A stretch of 64,000 nucleotides of DNA from Candidatus Kaiserbacteria bacterium RIFCSPHIGHO2_01_FULL_54_36 (GCA_001781105.1 MFKV01000028.1:10428-74427); one strand, 5' to 3'. Counted from the first letter of the stretch, positions 37,419 through 46,786 are shown. A program made the numbers and translations. Notes: generated from the sequence alone by a model not told the origin.

Positions 37419-37841
37419 CTACAGTTCACCTTTATTTGCCAAGGCAACAAATCTTTCCAAAGTTACTATCTTTACTTTATCTGTATCTTTAAAAAATTTA
37501 TTCAGTCCACCAGCTATATAAAAATCTCTGAGCTTCCATCCATCACCGCCTAAAATGACATATGCCTTTGAATACACACCTTTGTTATCAATGAGTGCTT
37601 CGGCAAGACACATGACCTCAAAAGGAACTTTTTGTTCTGCCGTACCACTCGTTTGTTGCCATTTGGATGAGATGAGTATTTTTTCTCCGCCTTTTTCTGC
37701 AATAGCATCGACCATATGGCGGCCTTTTCCGCCAAGTCGTATGCCGATATGCATTTGCTTTGTGTAGTCATAGCCGCCTCTTTTTAAAGCAGGTAGCACC
37801 ATATTTTCCAAAACTCCTCCGGTATTAGTATTTCGCGACAT
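37419..37841 (-). CDS. Small PD-(D/E)XK superfamily nuclease
   Basis: GGVLE...VDA...ISSKWQQTSGTAEQKVPFE; overlaps the MTase stop. Confidence 0.7.
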   Translation of the reverse strand: MSRNTNTGGVLENMVLPALKRGGYDYTKQMHIGIRLGGKGRHMVDAIAEKGGEKILISSKWQQTSGTAEQKVPFEVMCLAEALIDNKGVYSKAYVILGGDGWKLRDFYIAGGLNKFFKDTDKVKIVTLERFVALANKGEL

Positions 37842-38673
37842 TAACCAGATCCTTATACCTTTTCACAGAAAGATCAAGGTAGTTCTTTTCAAGGTCGATT
37901 CCGATAAACTTCCTACCGTGCGCTGCAGCTGCTAACCCCGTTGTTGAGCTGCCGGCAAACGGGTCGAGAACAATATCGTCTTTTCTTGTACTAGCGAGGA
38001 CAATTCGTCTTAAAAGCTCCAGGGGTTTCTGGGTCGGATGTTTTCCAAATTTCTTCTCTCCAGGTTTAGGGGTTCCAATGGACCACACGGAGCGCATTTG
38101 CAGACCTGGTTTCTTTAGAAAATCTCTGCCCCAATCTCCCGCTTTCATCAGATCATAATCGAAATGATGCTTTGCTTTCTTTTCCTTTCTCGCCCAAATC
38201 AGAGTCTCATGACTCGCCGTAAAGAATCGGCAGCTCAAATTTGGCGACGCATTCGGCTTGAACCACGAGATGTCATTAAGGATGTGGTAGTTGAGCGATT
38301 GCAGGGCGTGTCCGCATTGGTAAATGGAATGATACGTTCCGCTTACCCAGAGCGTTCCGTGCGGTTTGAGGACTCGTCTGCAGGCTTCGAGCCATCGGTA
38401 GTGAAAGTCATAATCGTCCTCAAACCCCTTACTCTTGTCCCAATCTCCCTTATTCACACTTACCATCTTTCCTGCGTGTACCGAGAAGCCACCATTCGAA
38501 AGATTGTACGGCGGATCCGCAAAAATCATGTCGATAGAATTTTCAGGAAGCGAACTGAGCAAATCTATCGAGTCGGCATTGTAGAGAACAAAGTTGTCCT
38601 GTTTGAAATAGGGCTTGAACTCGACAGACGCGAGGATTTTCTGTCTTGGTTTCTGAAAGGTTACGAGCGCCAT
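37825..38673 (-). CDS. Beta-class N6-adenine/N4-cytosine DNA methyltransferase (DpnA-like)
   Basis: FADPPYNLSNGG, HPTQKP, LDPFAGSSTT; start reassigned to MALVTF. Confidence 0.92.
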   Translation of the reverse strand: MALVTFQKPRQKILASVEFKPYFKQDNFVLYNADSIDLLSSLPENSIDMIFADPPYNLSNGGFSVHAGKMVSVNKGDWDKSKGFEDDYDFHYRWLEACRRVLKPHGTLWVSGTYHSIYQCGHALQSLNYHILNDISWFKPNASPNLSCRFFTASHETLIWARKEKKAKHHFDYDLMKAGDWGRDFLKKPGLQMRSVWSIGTPKPGEKKFGKHPTQKPLELLRRIVLASTRKDDIVLDPFAGSSTTGLAAAAHGRKFIGIDLEKNYLDLSVKRYKDLVNVAKY

Positions 38674-38813
38674 GTGGATTATTATACCCCACGCGCGGTT
38701 GCTCATTTTGGGGAATCGGGGCCGTATTGCGGGGGTGGAGTGCGGGTGCCATAGTTGGGGTCGAAACTTAACCCAGCTCTTTGAGGTGGAAAGAGCTCTA
38801 CTTGGAGGCTACA

Positions 38814-39530
38814 ATGCGCACTTTGCTTGGCGCAGCCCTCTGCGCCTTTATCCTCGCCTTCTCTACGGTCGCCGCCTCGGCGCAGCGCAAGGAGGAGGTC
38901 GACCTTCTCCTCGTCCTCGCGGCCGATGTGTCGGGCAGCGTCGATCCGGATGAATTCGCGCTCCAGCGCCGCGGACACGCGGAGGCACTGCTTCACCCGC
39001 GCGTTCAGAAAGCGATTACCTCGGGCATGCTCGGAAAGATCGCCGTCACCTACATCGAGTGGTCCGGCGATTACCAGCAGACGGTCATCGTCGACTGGAC
39101 GATCATCGATGGCCTCGCTTCAGCGCAACACTTCGGCGCTCAGATGGTGGAAGTTGAGCGACCGCGCGGCAGGAGCACCGCCATCGGCGCAGCTATCGAC
39201 TTTTCTGTCAAACGACTCGAGGCGGCGCCGTATCACGCACACCGCCGGACAATCGACATCTCCGCCGACGGCACGAACACATCTTCGAATCTCGAGAAGG
39301 CGCGGAGTGAGGCGGTTGCGAAAGGGATCACGATCAACGTCCTCGCGATCCTCAGCGTGCTTCCTTCGCCGAGCTTCCCCTGGCACACGCATCCTGTTGG
39401 CGGACTCGAGAATTACTTCCGCAGTCATGTGATCGGCGGGCCGGGGTCGTTCGTCGTCGTCGCCGAAGAACACAGAAGCTTCGGCGAAGCGATCGTCAAG
39501 AAACTCATCGCCGAGATCGCGATGCGGTGA
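38814..39530 (+). CDS. DUF1194 (vWA-like) secreted protein
   Basis: LVLAADVSGSVD, IDISADG, VIGGPGSF motifs. Confidence 0.9.
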   Translation: MRTLLGAALCAFILAFSTVAASAQRKEEVDLLLVLAADVSGSVDPDEFALQRRGHAEALLHPRVQKAITSGMLGKIAVTYIEWSGDYQQTVIVDWTIIDGLASAQHFGAQMVEVERPRGRSTAIGAAIDFSVKRLEAAPYHAHRRTIDISADGTNTSSNLEKARSEAVAKGITINVLAILSVLPSPSFPWHTHPVGGLENYFRSHVIGGPGSFVVVAEEHRSFGEAIVKKLIAEIAMR

Positions 39531-39549
39531 GCACCGTATCGAAAATGCG

Positions 39550-39581
39550 AGAAGGCCCGGCGCAATGCGCACGGGCCTTCT
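39550..39581 (+). terminator. Intrinsic terminator
   Basis: AGAAGGCCCG..CGGGCCTTCT followed by T-rich tract. Confidence 0.6.
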
Positions 39582-39652
39582 ATCTTTTCTGCTCTATGAG
39601 GTGGAGCTGTTTTCGGAAGGTTTTGTGATGGGGAGTAGCGCGCTCCACATAC

Positions 39653-39679
39653 CTATTCAAGTATTTTGCAAAACACTAG
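39653..39679 (-). repeat. Third, diverged copy (24/27) of the ArsR-flanking site
   Basis: CTATTCAAGTATTTTGCAAAACACTAG; minus strand with flank reads SILVFCKILE-stop. Confidence 0.65.
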
Positions 39680-39774
39680 AATAGATCTCATCCCACAAAT
39701 CTTCATTTTGAACGAATTGACCTACGTACGATGCCGTGGCATTATATCGGCCGGCCCAAACCAGGAGGTACCCC

Positions 39775-40338
39775 ATGGACCGCATTAAAGATAGGCGTGG
39801 TGATCGGTGCAGTGGACTCGGACTTTTGCTCGACTCGAAAGGCGGCCGTTGGCCCGATTTCGACGCGCTCGGCCCTCGCCTCAAGAAAGTGACTGAACAC
39901 CCGTTTGGCTTCAGTCTGCCTGAACACATCGGCCACGGGGCAGCCTACATCCTTCCCTGTCGCGGTTCTGACGATTCCGTCAAAGACATGGCAACGTGTA
40001 TTCGCTGCTATGCAGCTGGACACGGAAAATCATCCGGCGTTCAGCGCCTTCGGATATTCACGGTCCGGCAGGTGAGCGATATGGCGGAGCGGCGCTATCT
40101 CTTCGAGGTTCAGTTCACCAACATGATGTTCATCGGCGGTGACTGCACCTACTTCAGTGGAGGTGGTGGTAGCGCGACGCAGCAGTTGCGCGGCATCTTC
40201 CTCGCACTGTCGAGCATCTACGACATCGACGTCGAAGAAGAGGTTGTCATGATGGAGAGCCTCGTCAACCTCAGCGATTCCGTCCTTGAAGATCTCGGGC
40301 TGCGAATGGAGATGCGACAGCTCAAGAAGGCATCGTGA
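39775..40338 (+). CDS. Hypothetical protein
   Basis: 187-aa ORF followed by terminator; GDCTYFSGGG motif; start uncertain. Confidence 0.6.
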   Translation: MDRIKDRRGDRCSGLGLLLDSKGGRWPDFDALGPRLKKVTEHPFGFSLPEHIGHGAAYILPCRGSDDSVKDMATCIRCYAAGHGKSSGVQRLRIFTVRQVSDMAERRYLFEVQFTNMMFIGGDCTYFSGGGGSATQQLRGIFLALSSIYDIDVEEEVVMMESLVNLSDSVLEDLGLRMEMRQLKKAS

Positions 40339-40364
40339 TGGTGCCTACACGCTTCCATGCGACG

Positions 40365-40392
40365 AAAAGCCCCGGGCATGCCCGGGGCTTTT
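40365..40392. terminator. Bidirectional terminator (28-bp perfect palindrome)
   Basis: AAAAGCCCCGGGCATGCCCGGGGCTTTT between convergent genes. Confidence 0.75.
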
Positions 40393-40428
40393 ATACATTT
40401 CAACCTTATTTTAGAGGATTGATTCGAG

Positions 40429-41007
40429 TTAGCCTTGGGATTCGGTGGCGGGGTTGAGGGAATGGCGCTTGCCGGCAAGCGCGGAGGCCAGGATCTGCTT
40501 TACTCGCTTCTCCCGGGTTGCGGGTTGTTTTCCGCGAAGGATCCATCGATAAAGCATCCGTTTTTGCGAGGGTGGGTGGGATTCAAATGCTTGCTTTGCC
40601 TTCGCGCTCTTTGCGAGCGCCTTTTCGAGCTCGATTGGCATGTCGGGATTCTTCGGGATTCCGTGATCGTGTATGGGCTTTGCCTTACCGAGTTTGTAAA
40701 ATCGCATCCCCTCAGGGCTCATCCTCCCCTCTTTGATAAGCTTCTTTGCATAAGAAATAGTATTGTCGCTCCACTTGCTCTTCTCATTGCGCCGCGAGAA
40801 ATGCCGCAAGAAAGTATCTTCGTCAAGGCGTTTGATGATCGTGTCTATCCAGCCATAGCAGATCGCCTCTTCGATAAGCTCGCGATGCGTGGGGAAAGGC
40901 TTCCCCGTGTGTTTCTTGTGCACAACGACAGACATCTTTGTTTCCTTCTTATGATTCCTCTTCAGCCACTTCCTAAAGTCCTTCGCGCTGAATACAACAA
41001 TCTGCAT
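40429..41007 (-). CDS. YdeI/OmpD-associated family protein
   Basis: FRKWL..NH, EEAICYGWID, SKWS, KQPATREKR; start reassigned to MQIVV. Confidence 0.88.
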   Translation of the reverse strand: MQIVVFSAKDFRKWLKRNHKKETKMSVVVHKKHTGKPFPTHRELIEEAICYGWIDTIIKRLDEDTFLRHFSRRNEKSKWSDNTISYAKKLIKEGRMSPEGMRFYKLGKAKPIHDHGIPKNPDMPIELEKALAKSAKAKQAFESHPPSQKRMLYRWILRGKQPATREKRVKQILASALAGKRHSLNPATESQG

Positions 41008-41024
41008 AATCAATTTACATCCCG

Positions 41025-41297
41025 CTATTGCAGTCTTTTGCAAAACACTAGTATAGATTCTGCGCGCGGTGTCAGTTTGTGACGGACAGCGCTTCCCTGG
41101 TTCCGTTTAAAAACGAGGCCGGCGATTGCCAGTTTGCGTACGTGATCCGAAGCATTTTCATATCCTATTTTTAGACGCTGTGAAATATCTTCGACCGACA
41201 GTTCAGGTTCTCGTTTTAACAAATCGAGGATTTGCAGACGCCGATGATTCGCAAATCCTTTGACTATTCGTTCCAGCTGTCTGTATGTAGCTGCCAT
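41025..41297 (-). CDS. Small ArsR-type winged-helix protein
   Basis: KGFANHRRLQILDLL...SVEDIS...ASDHVRKL; start reassigned to MAATY (TACAAT 6 nt upstream). Confidence 0.85.
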   Translation of the reverse strand: MAATYRQLERIVKGFANHRRLQILDLLKREPELSVEDISQRLKIGYENASDHVRKLAIAGLVFKRNQGSAVRHKLTPRAESILVFCKRLQ

Positions 41298-41338
41298 AGA
41301 TCGATTGTACTCTATTGCAGTCTTTTGCAAAACACTAG
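41025..41338. repeat. 27-bp perfect direct repeats bracketing the ArsR-type gene
   Basis: CTATTGCAGTCTTTTGCAAAACACTAG at 41025-41051 and 41312-41338; palindromic core TTTTGCAAAA. Confidence 0.85.
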
Positions 41339-41353
41339 CATAGGAATAAAGAT

Positions 41354-41650
41354 CTAGATGGTGAGTGTGAAAGCAATCGTATCGCCTTCGGCGAGGCCTT
41401 CCGCGCGGCGCGCGGCTGCTTTGAGCGGGAGGAGGTAGGTGCCCGAGCGTTTGTCGGGAAAGATAGATGTCTTCCAGCTTGTTTTACCGATAGTCACCTT
41501 CACACGAACCGAGCCGAATCCCCTGCGCACTCTCGTATGCTTTTCCTTTATCTCTTCCGAAAGCTTCTTATCGACATGGGCGAAATGCCAGACACCTTGC
41601 TCGCCCGGCCAGAGCCACACCTTTCCTTTCGCCTTGTACACCTGCGCCAT
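41354..41650 (-). CDS. DUF1905 domain protein
   Basis: WHF, RGFGSVRV, WKTSIFP, YLLPLK. Confidence 0.88.
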   Translation of the reverse strand: MAQVYKAKGKVWLWPGEQGVWHFAHVDKKLSEEIKEKHTRVRRGFGSVRVKVTIGKTSWKTSIFPDKRSGTYLLPLKAAARRAEGLAEGDTIAFTLTI

Positions 41651-41660
41651 GCGCCAGGGT

Positions 41661-42737
41661 TTAGGCTGTCCCGAAGCGGCGGCGGTCGTAGAGTAGCGAG
41701 AGAAATGCGAGTACTGCGAATATGGTGGGGATCCAGTAGCCAGGCAGGTAGAGCTGCGCCATTTCCCACAGGCTGATCCACTGTATCGAGACAGAGCCCG
41801 TCACGGTCGCGACGTTATCCAGAAGCGCCTGATCCTGCGTCTTCACCGCCTTCTGCCAATCTTCGGCGTACTTGATATTGGCATCCGCGTTCTTTAGCTG
41901 TGCCGAATACGATGCGTTCTCGTTGCTGAGACGCGCTCTTAGTGTGATCACCTCATTGGTGAGCGCCTGGATCTGTGCTTGCACCTCTACAGTCTGGGGC
42001 TGTGCGCGAAGTGAAGTGAGCTGCTGCTCGTCGGCGTTGATCTGGGATTGGAGCGACTGCGCGGCACTCGTGTGCGCACTGACTATTTTTTGGCGTGCCG
42101 CTTTGTAATCCGCGAGTGTCGAGTCTGCTTGCTTCTGCTGCTCCTCGATGCTCTGCTTTTGCGGCAAGAGATTCTGCGAAGAAATGTTGAGCGTAAGAAA
42201 GCGGCTATCTACCAGGCCCTCGAGCTCAGTGCGGAAGGCATCGTATTTGCTCATAGGGACCGCGAAATTGACGTAGCCGTATTTCGGCGAGCTCGATTCC
42301 TGATCGATGCGGCCGTCGTATCCGCGCACGGTCGTCTCGACACGACGCACTAATCCCCCCACATCGCGGGTGCGCATTTCGGCGTTGTAATTAACTTTCA
42401 AGAATTCTCGCGTGTCGGTGATGGGTACGTCTTGGCCCGGGTACGGGTAGGGATAATATGCTTCTCTCCCCGGCATGCCTTGCGGCGCCATGCTTGCTCC
42501 ATTGGTAGCACCCATGTCGTACATGGGTTTAGAAGGCATGGAGGGTGGCGAATAGCTGACGGAATCCTCCACTACGCCTCGTGAGCCACCGCCTTCCCCG
42601 TAACCCATAGGCATCGGGTAATACGAAGAAGGGCGCGCGATCGCTACAAAGGAGCCGAGGGCAAGGAGCACAAGGACGATCGTCAGCCATGAGATACGGC
42701 GCGGCCAAAAGCGAGCGCGGACTATTTCATCGGTCAT
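41661..42737 (-). CDS. DUF4349-like membrane-anchored coiled-coil protein
   Basis: N- and C-terminal TM, GRID..S..VP motif, long coiled coil. Confidence 0.65.
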   Translation of the reverse strand: MTDEIVRARFWPRRISWLTIVLVLLALGSFVAIARPSSYYPMPMGYGEGGGSRGVVEDSVSYSPPSMPSKPMYDMGATNGASMAPQGMPGREAYYPYPYPGQDVPITDTREFLKVNYNAEMRTRDVGGLVRRVETTVRGYDGRIDQESSSPKYGYVNFAVPMSKYDAFRTELEGLVDSRFLTLNISSQNLLPQKQSIEEQQKQADSTLADYKAARQKIVSAHTSAAQSLQSQINADEQQLTSLRAQPQTVEVQAQIQALTNEVITLRARLSNENASYSAQLKNADANIKYAEDWQKAVKTQDQALLDNVATVTGSVSIQWISLWEMAQLYLPGYWIPTIFAVLAFLSLLYDRRRFGTA

Positions 42738-42770
42738 ACCAAGATGCTATCACGGAAACAGAGACAAGGC

Positions 42771-42884
42771 CTACCATTTGTAGCCCTTCTTTTCGAGCAT
42801 CACGCGCTTCGCCTCCAGCCGCTTTTTCGTCTTTCTTGAGCGTGTCTTTTTTCTCCTGATGTCCTGATCCGGTCTTTTTCCCAT
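42771..42884 (-). CDS. 37-aa very basic small protein
   Basis: Manual translation MGKRPDQDIRRKKTRSRKTKKRLEAKRVMLEKKGYKW; TATACT 6 nt before ATG. Confidence 0.55.
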   Translation of the reverse strand: MGKRPDQDIRRKKTRSRKTKKRLEAKRVMLEKKGYKW

Positions 42885-42891
42885 CGGGGTA

Positions 42892-42933
42892 GTATACCCC
42901 ATGAGATGAAGCAAGCTATTCCCAGGGGTATAC
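42892..42933. mobile_element. Degenerate copy of ACCCCRTKAGAWA family
   Basis: GTATACCCCATGAGAT ... TTCCCAGGGGTATAC. Confidence 0.5.
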
Positions 42934-42953
42934 CCTATTACTTCGCTGCATCC

Positions 42954-43208
42954 TCACATGATGTCTTTGGTTTGTATTGGGCTCTGGATCCCGGGCTTCC
43001 ACTCCGCTTTGATCTCTCCGAATTGTTTCTCGTACTCCCCGATCTGGTGCACGAGGTACTGCGAGAGGCGCTTCATGTGCTGCGGCGTGAGCGCGTAGGC
43101 AATGCCACTCTCGCCCGTGATCATGCCGAGGACAAAAAACTCCTGTGAAAAGGCGGCGGAAATGTTCTCGCAAAATTGCTTCGGTACTTTGTTGATATCC
43201 ATTGGCAT
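42954..43208 (-). CDS. DUF3467-like protein
   Basis: EFF...LTPQHMKRL...YEKQFGEI. Confidence 0.75.
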   Translation of the reverse strand: MPMDINKVPKQFCENISAAFSQEFFVLGMITGESGIAYALTPQHMKRLSQYLVHQIGEYEKQFGEIKAEWKPGIQSPIQTKDIM

Positions 43209-43290
43209 AGGCTTGATGATGCTATCTACTAATGCGGAGATGCATTATAGGCTCGCGTGCGCTCTTTTCCTAAGCGCGGCGTTTATTGAG

Positions 43291-43476
43291 TCATTTGCGC
43301 TTTTTCGCTCGTGGGACCTTGCCACCGGCTTTGCGCGCCTCTGAGAGTCCGATCGCTATGGCCTGCTTGCGGCTCGTCACTTTTTTCCCGCTTCTGCCGC
43401 TCTTTAATTTGCCGCGCTTCATTTCGTGCATCGCGCGCTTCACTTTTTCCTGTGCTTTTTTCCCGTACCTGGCCAT
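43291..43476 (-). CDS. DUF6496 small basic protein
   Basis: MHEMKRGKLKSG..SRKQAIAIGLSEAR. Confidence 0.9.
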   Translation of the reverse strand: MARYGKKAQEKVKRAMHEMKRGKLKSGRSGKKVTSRKQAIAIGLSEARKAGGKVPRAKKRK

Positions 43477-43516
43477 TCCTCAGTCTCCTACTGTGGGAAT
43501 GAAGGTTGCGTTAATT

Positions 43517-43699
43517 TTACTTCCTCCACTCCTGCACGAGGATGTAGACGAGGAGAGCGAGAATGGTGAGCGGTGAAATCACCGTTCCGATCCCACCCAA
43601 TATGAGGCCGAGGCCTCCGAGCTGCATCGATGGGTTGTAGATAAGAAGATAGATCGGGAGAGAAAGTAGTACCAAGACCGTGACAATAAGTTTCCGCAT
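43517..43699 (-). CDS. Small two-TM membrane protein
   Basis: 60 aa hydrophobic, same strand and tightly packed. Confidence 0.55.
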   Translation of the reverse strand: MRKLIVTVLVLLSLPIYLLIYNPSMQLGGLGLILGGIGTVISPLTILALLVYILVQEWRK

Positions 43700-43703
43700 A
43701 TGG

Positions 43704-44168
43704 CTATTGCATCCTGGCAAACGTCAGGACGTTGCCGCGACCGCTCAAGTTGACGAGGACCAGCCTGTCGTCAGTTGTGTCTGCGGCGATCGCAAAATAC
43801 ATCGGCTCACCATCGCTAAAGACAAGCTTGAGGAACGTTGCATTATCGACTGCTGGGAATTCGAATTGCTCCGCGGAAATATCAATGACCTGGCTCCAGG
43901 TGCCGTTTGCAGTTGCAGCGGCATCGCCTTCGTACATATCGGTAACGGTGCCATCGATACGGAATTCGCGCGTGAATTTCGGATCCTCTGTGCTTTGCCA
44001 CGTACCTACCGCCCTGCTTGCCTCCGGTGTCCAGCTTATCTCTGTCGTCGTGCTTACCACTTCCGGCTGTGTATCTGCCGGCGCTGGATTATTCTGTGTA
44101 GCAACGAGATACGCCCCGACGACGAGGATGATAATGATGATGCCGCCTACCAGTACTTTCATATTCAT
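43704..44168 (-). CDS. Membrane-anchored hypothetical protein
   Basis: TM anchor; GTWQSTEDPKFTREF. Confidence 0.75.
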   Translation of the reverse strand: MNMKVLVGGIIIIILVVGAYLVATQNNPAPADTQPEVVSTTTEISWTPEASRAVGTWQSTEDPKFTREFRIDGTVTDMYEGDAAATANGTWSQVIDISAEQFEFPAVDNATFLKLVFSDGEPMYFAIAADTTDDRLVLVNLSGRGNVLTFARMQ

Positions 44169-44395
44169 ATCGTTTCGTTATGTTTCTAAATGTCGGCTCA
44201 TTCTACCGCTCTTCCAAATCTAGGCAAACCGAGTTAATCGCCGACGCGAGCTCGCTTACGGCACGTCCTCGCACCACAAGAGTACTTCCAAATTTCTAAC
44301 TCGCTACCGCTCCTAAGAAATTTTGGTCGCTCAACGTTCGGTCGGCTTCGCCCTACTGGCCTCAGCACTTCCTCGCTCAACGCTCGGTCGCAGTA

Positions 44396-44791
44396 TCACT
44401 TTTGTTCAAGGTCCAGACAAACGGAATTGATGCAGTAGCGCTTGCCTGTGGATGTCGGGCCGTCGTCGAACACGTGGCCCAAGTGCCCGCCACAACGCGC
44501 GCACGTGATCTCTGTGCGCACCATTCCGCGATCCGTGTCGCGATGCTGCTCTATGGCGCCGGGAAGTGCTGTATCAAAAGAGGGCCAGCCGGTACCAGAA
44601 TCGAATTTTGCCTCCGACGAGAAAAGCGGATTGCCGCACGCCTTACACTCATAGGTGCCATCGGCTTTTTCGTGTACGTACTCGCCCGTGAACGGTGCTT
44701 CCGTTCCCTTCTCCCGAAGCACGGCGTATTCTTCGGGCGTAAGCGCTTGCTTCCACCCTTCCTCATTCTCGGGCATAGGACGTTTCGTCAT
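44396..44791 (-). CDS. msrB: Peptide-methionine (R)-S-oxide reductase
   Basis: GTEAPF, CxxC, GWPSF, HLGHVF, RYCINS. Confidence 0.97.
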   Translation of the reverse strand: MTKRPMPENEEGWKQALTPEEYAVLREKGTEAPFTGEYVHEKADGTYECKACGNPLFSSEAKFDSGTGWPSFDTALPGAIEQHRDTDRGMVRTEITCARCGGHLGHVFDDGPTSTGKRYCINSVCLDLEQK

Positions 44792-44814
44792 GCCGCGATT
44801 GTAGCACGGGCGAT

Positions 44815-46617
44815 TTATTGCCGTCTGGCCCGAGAGCGATCGATGTCGGTCAGCTGCTGCTTGCGCAATCGAACGCTTGTAGGAGTTATTTCCAAATACT
44901 CATCTTCTGCCATCACTTCAAGCCCGCGCTCGATCGTGAGCGTAAAGGGTGGGATGAGATTGATCGCTTCGTCGGCGCCACTCGAGCGCATGTTGGTGAG
45001 CTGCTTGCCTTTGGTCGGGTTCACGGTCATCTCTTCACCTTTCGAGGTGTTGCCGATGACCTGGCCTTCATACACATCAACGGCAGGGCCGATATATATG
45101 ACACCGCGCTCCTGCAAATTCCAGAGCGAGAATCCGAGCGCCTTTCCGCTTGCCATCGAGATCATGGAGCCCACGTTCTTGCGGCGTATCTCGCCGACGT
45201 GCGGCTTGAAGCCCACAAAGCGCGAAGAAAGGATCCCCTCGCCCGAGGTGTCGAGCACGAATTGGCTGCGGTAACCGAGAAGCCCGCGTGTTGGCCCTTC
45301 GAAGATGAGCCTCACTTGGTTCTCATGGACTTTCAGATCTTTCATTATGAATTTGCGTGTGCCGAGACGCTCGATGATGGCACCTTGGTACACTTGTGGC
45401 GTGTCCACGATCACCTCTTCAAAGGGCTCCTGCATTTCCCCATTCTCCTCGTGGAAGATGACCTGTGGCTGCGAGACCTGCATTTCATATCCTTCACGGC
45501 GCATGTTCTCGAGGAGTATCGCAATGTGGAGCTCGCCGCGGCCTGAGACCTTGAAGGTATCGCCGCCGGAGAAATCCACGCGCAATCCGACGTTGACCTC
45601 GAGCTCACGCTCGAGCCTGTCGCGGATCTGCCGCGACGTCACGAATTTGCCTTCGCGGCCGGCGAAGGGAGAATTGTTGACGAGGAAGTTGAGCGTGATG
45701 GTGGGCTCATCGATCGCTATCGCGGGAAGCGCTTCGGTACTTTCATCGGTCGTAATAGTCTCGCCGATATAGATCTCCGGAATGCCCGCGATCATCGCGA
45801 TATCGCCAGCGGAGACTTCACTCGATTCGATCTTCTTGAGTCCTCTGAACGTGAACATCTTCGTGATCTTTCCAGTATGCGTCTCGACCTGGCCGGTCAG
45901 GCCGTCTACCTTTTTGACGAATACCGCATCTCCCGTCTTGAGAGTGCCTTCGTAGCAGCGCACGATCGCAAGGCGCCCGAGAAAGTTGTCGTAGCCGAGG
46001 TTAAAGGGCTGGAGCCGCGCAGGCTTCGTGAGCGCCTCCGGGCTTGAGGCGGGTGGGACGTGGCTCAGTATCGTCTCCAACAGCGGCGTGAGATCTGCCG
46101 ATTCGTCGGTGAGTTTGAGCTTCGCTATCCCCTGCCTGCCGATAGAGTAGACAATAGGAAAATCGGCCTGCTCATCAGAAGCGCCCAATTCCAAGAAAAG
46201 TTCGAGTACCTGTTCTTCCGTGCGCGCAGGATCTGCCGCAGGCTTATCGATCTTGTTGATGACAACTATTGGCTTTATGCCCAACTCCAGTGATTTTTTT
46301 AGCACGAAGCGTGTCTGCGGCATGGGGCCTTCTTGGGCGTCGACGACAAGCAATACCGAATCGATCGAGCGCAGTACTCGCTCCACTTCGCTCCCGAAGT
46401 CGGCGTGGCCGGGAGTGTCGACGATGTTGATCTTGGTATCCTGATAGAAAATCGCTGCGTTCTTGGAGTAAATGGTGATGCCCCGCTCAAGTTCGAGCGC
46501 ATTACTATCCATGGATACACCCTCTTCGGCTACTCCCGTTTGTCGTAAAAGCGCGTCTGTCAGCGTCGTCTTCCCATGATCAACATGGGCAATAATAGCT
46601 ATGTTCCTGATTTCCAT
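44815..46617 (-). CDS. typA: Translational GTPase TypA/BipA
   Basis: [34 protein letters not shown]. Confidence 0.98.
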   Translation of the reverse strand: MEIRNIAIIAHVDHGKTTLTDALLRQTGVAEEGVSMDSNALELERGITIYSKNAAIFYQDTKINIVDTPGHADFGSEVERVLRSIDSVLLVVDAQEGPMPQTRFVLKKSLELGIKPIVVINKIDKPAADPARTEEQVLELFLELGASDEQADFPIVYSIGRQGIAKLKLTDESADLTPLLETILSHVPPASSPEALTKPARLQPFNLGYDNFLGRLAIVRCYEGTLKTGDAVFVKKVDGLTGQVETHTGKITKMFTFRGLKKIESSEVSAGDIAMIAGIPEIYIGETITTDESTEALPAIAIDEPTITLNFLVNNSPFAGREGKFVTSRQIRDRLERELEVNVGLRVDFSGGDTFKVSGRGELHIAILLENMRREGYEMQVSQPQVIFHEENGEMQEPFEEVIVDTPQVYQGAIIERLGTRKFIMKDLKVHENQVRLIFEGPTRGLLGYRSQFVLDTSGEGILSSRFVGFKPHVGEIRRKNVGSMISMASGKALGFSLWNLQERGVIYIGPAVDVYEGQVIGNTSKGEEMTVNPTKGKQLTNMRSSGADEAINLIPPFTLTIERGLEVMAEDEYLEITPTSVRLRKQQLTDIDRSRARRQ

Positions 46618-46620
46618 ATG

Positions 46621-46713
46621 TTAAAAAGTACCACCTACAGAGTGGGCGACCTGCCCCGTTAGAACGCGTATTCGCGTTTCTAATGGGGTGATCGCAATGT
46701 TCCGTATCTCCAT
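46621..46713 (-). pseudogene. Duplicated typA 5' end interrupted by an inverted-repeat element
   Basis: Reads [30 protein letters not shown]-stop in frame with typA ([11 protein letters not shown]); insert 46653-46689 is CCCCGTTAGAA..TTCTAATGGGGT. Confidence 0.7.
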
Positions 46714-46786
46714 GGTCTTTAATGCAAAATGCCCCCGTCGGGGCACCCCGTAGCTCAATTGTGCCTTATTTTAGGCTTCGCGTCAA

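Noticed and set aside
40429-41330. Two ORFs both beginning MQKTAI
   Set aside because: Artefact of the 27-bp direct repeat supplying a TTG; better starts are 41007 and 41297.
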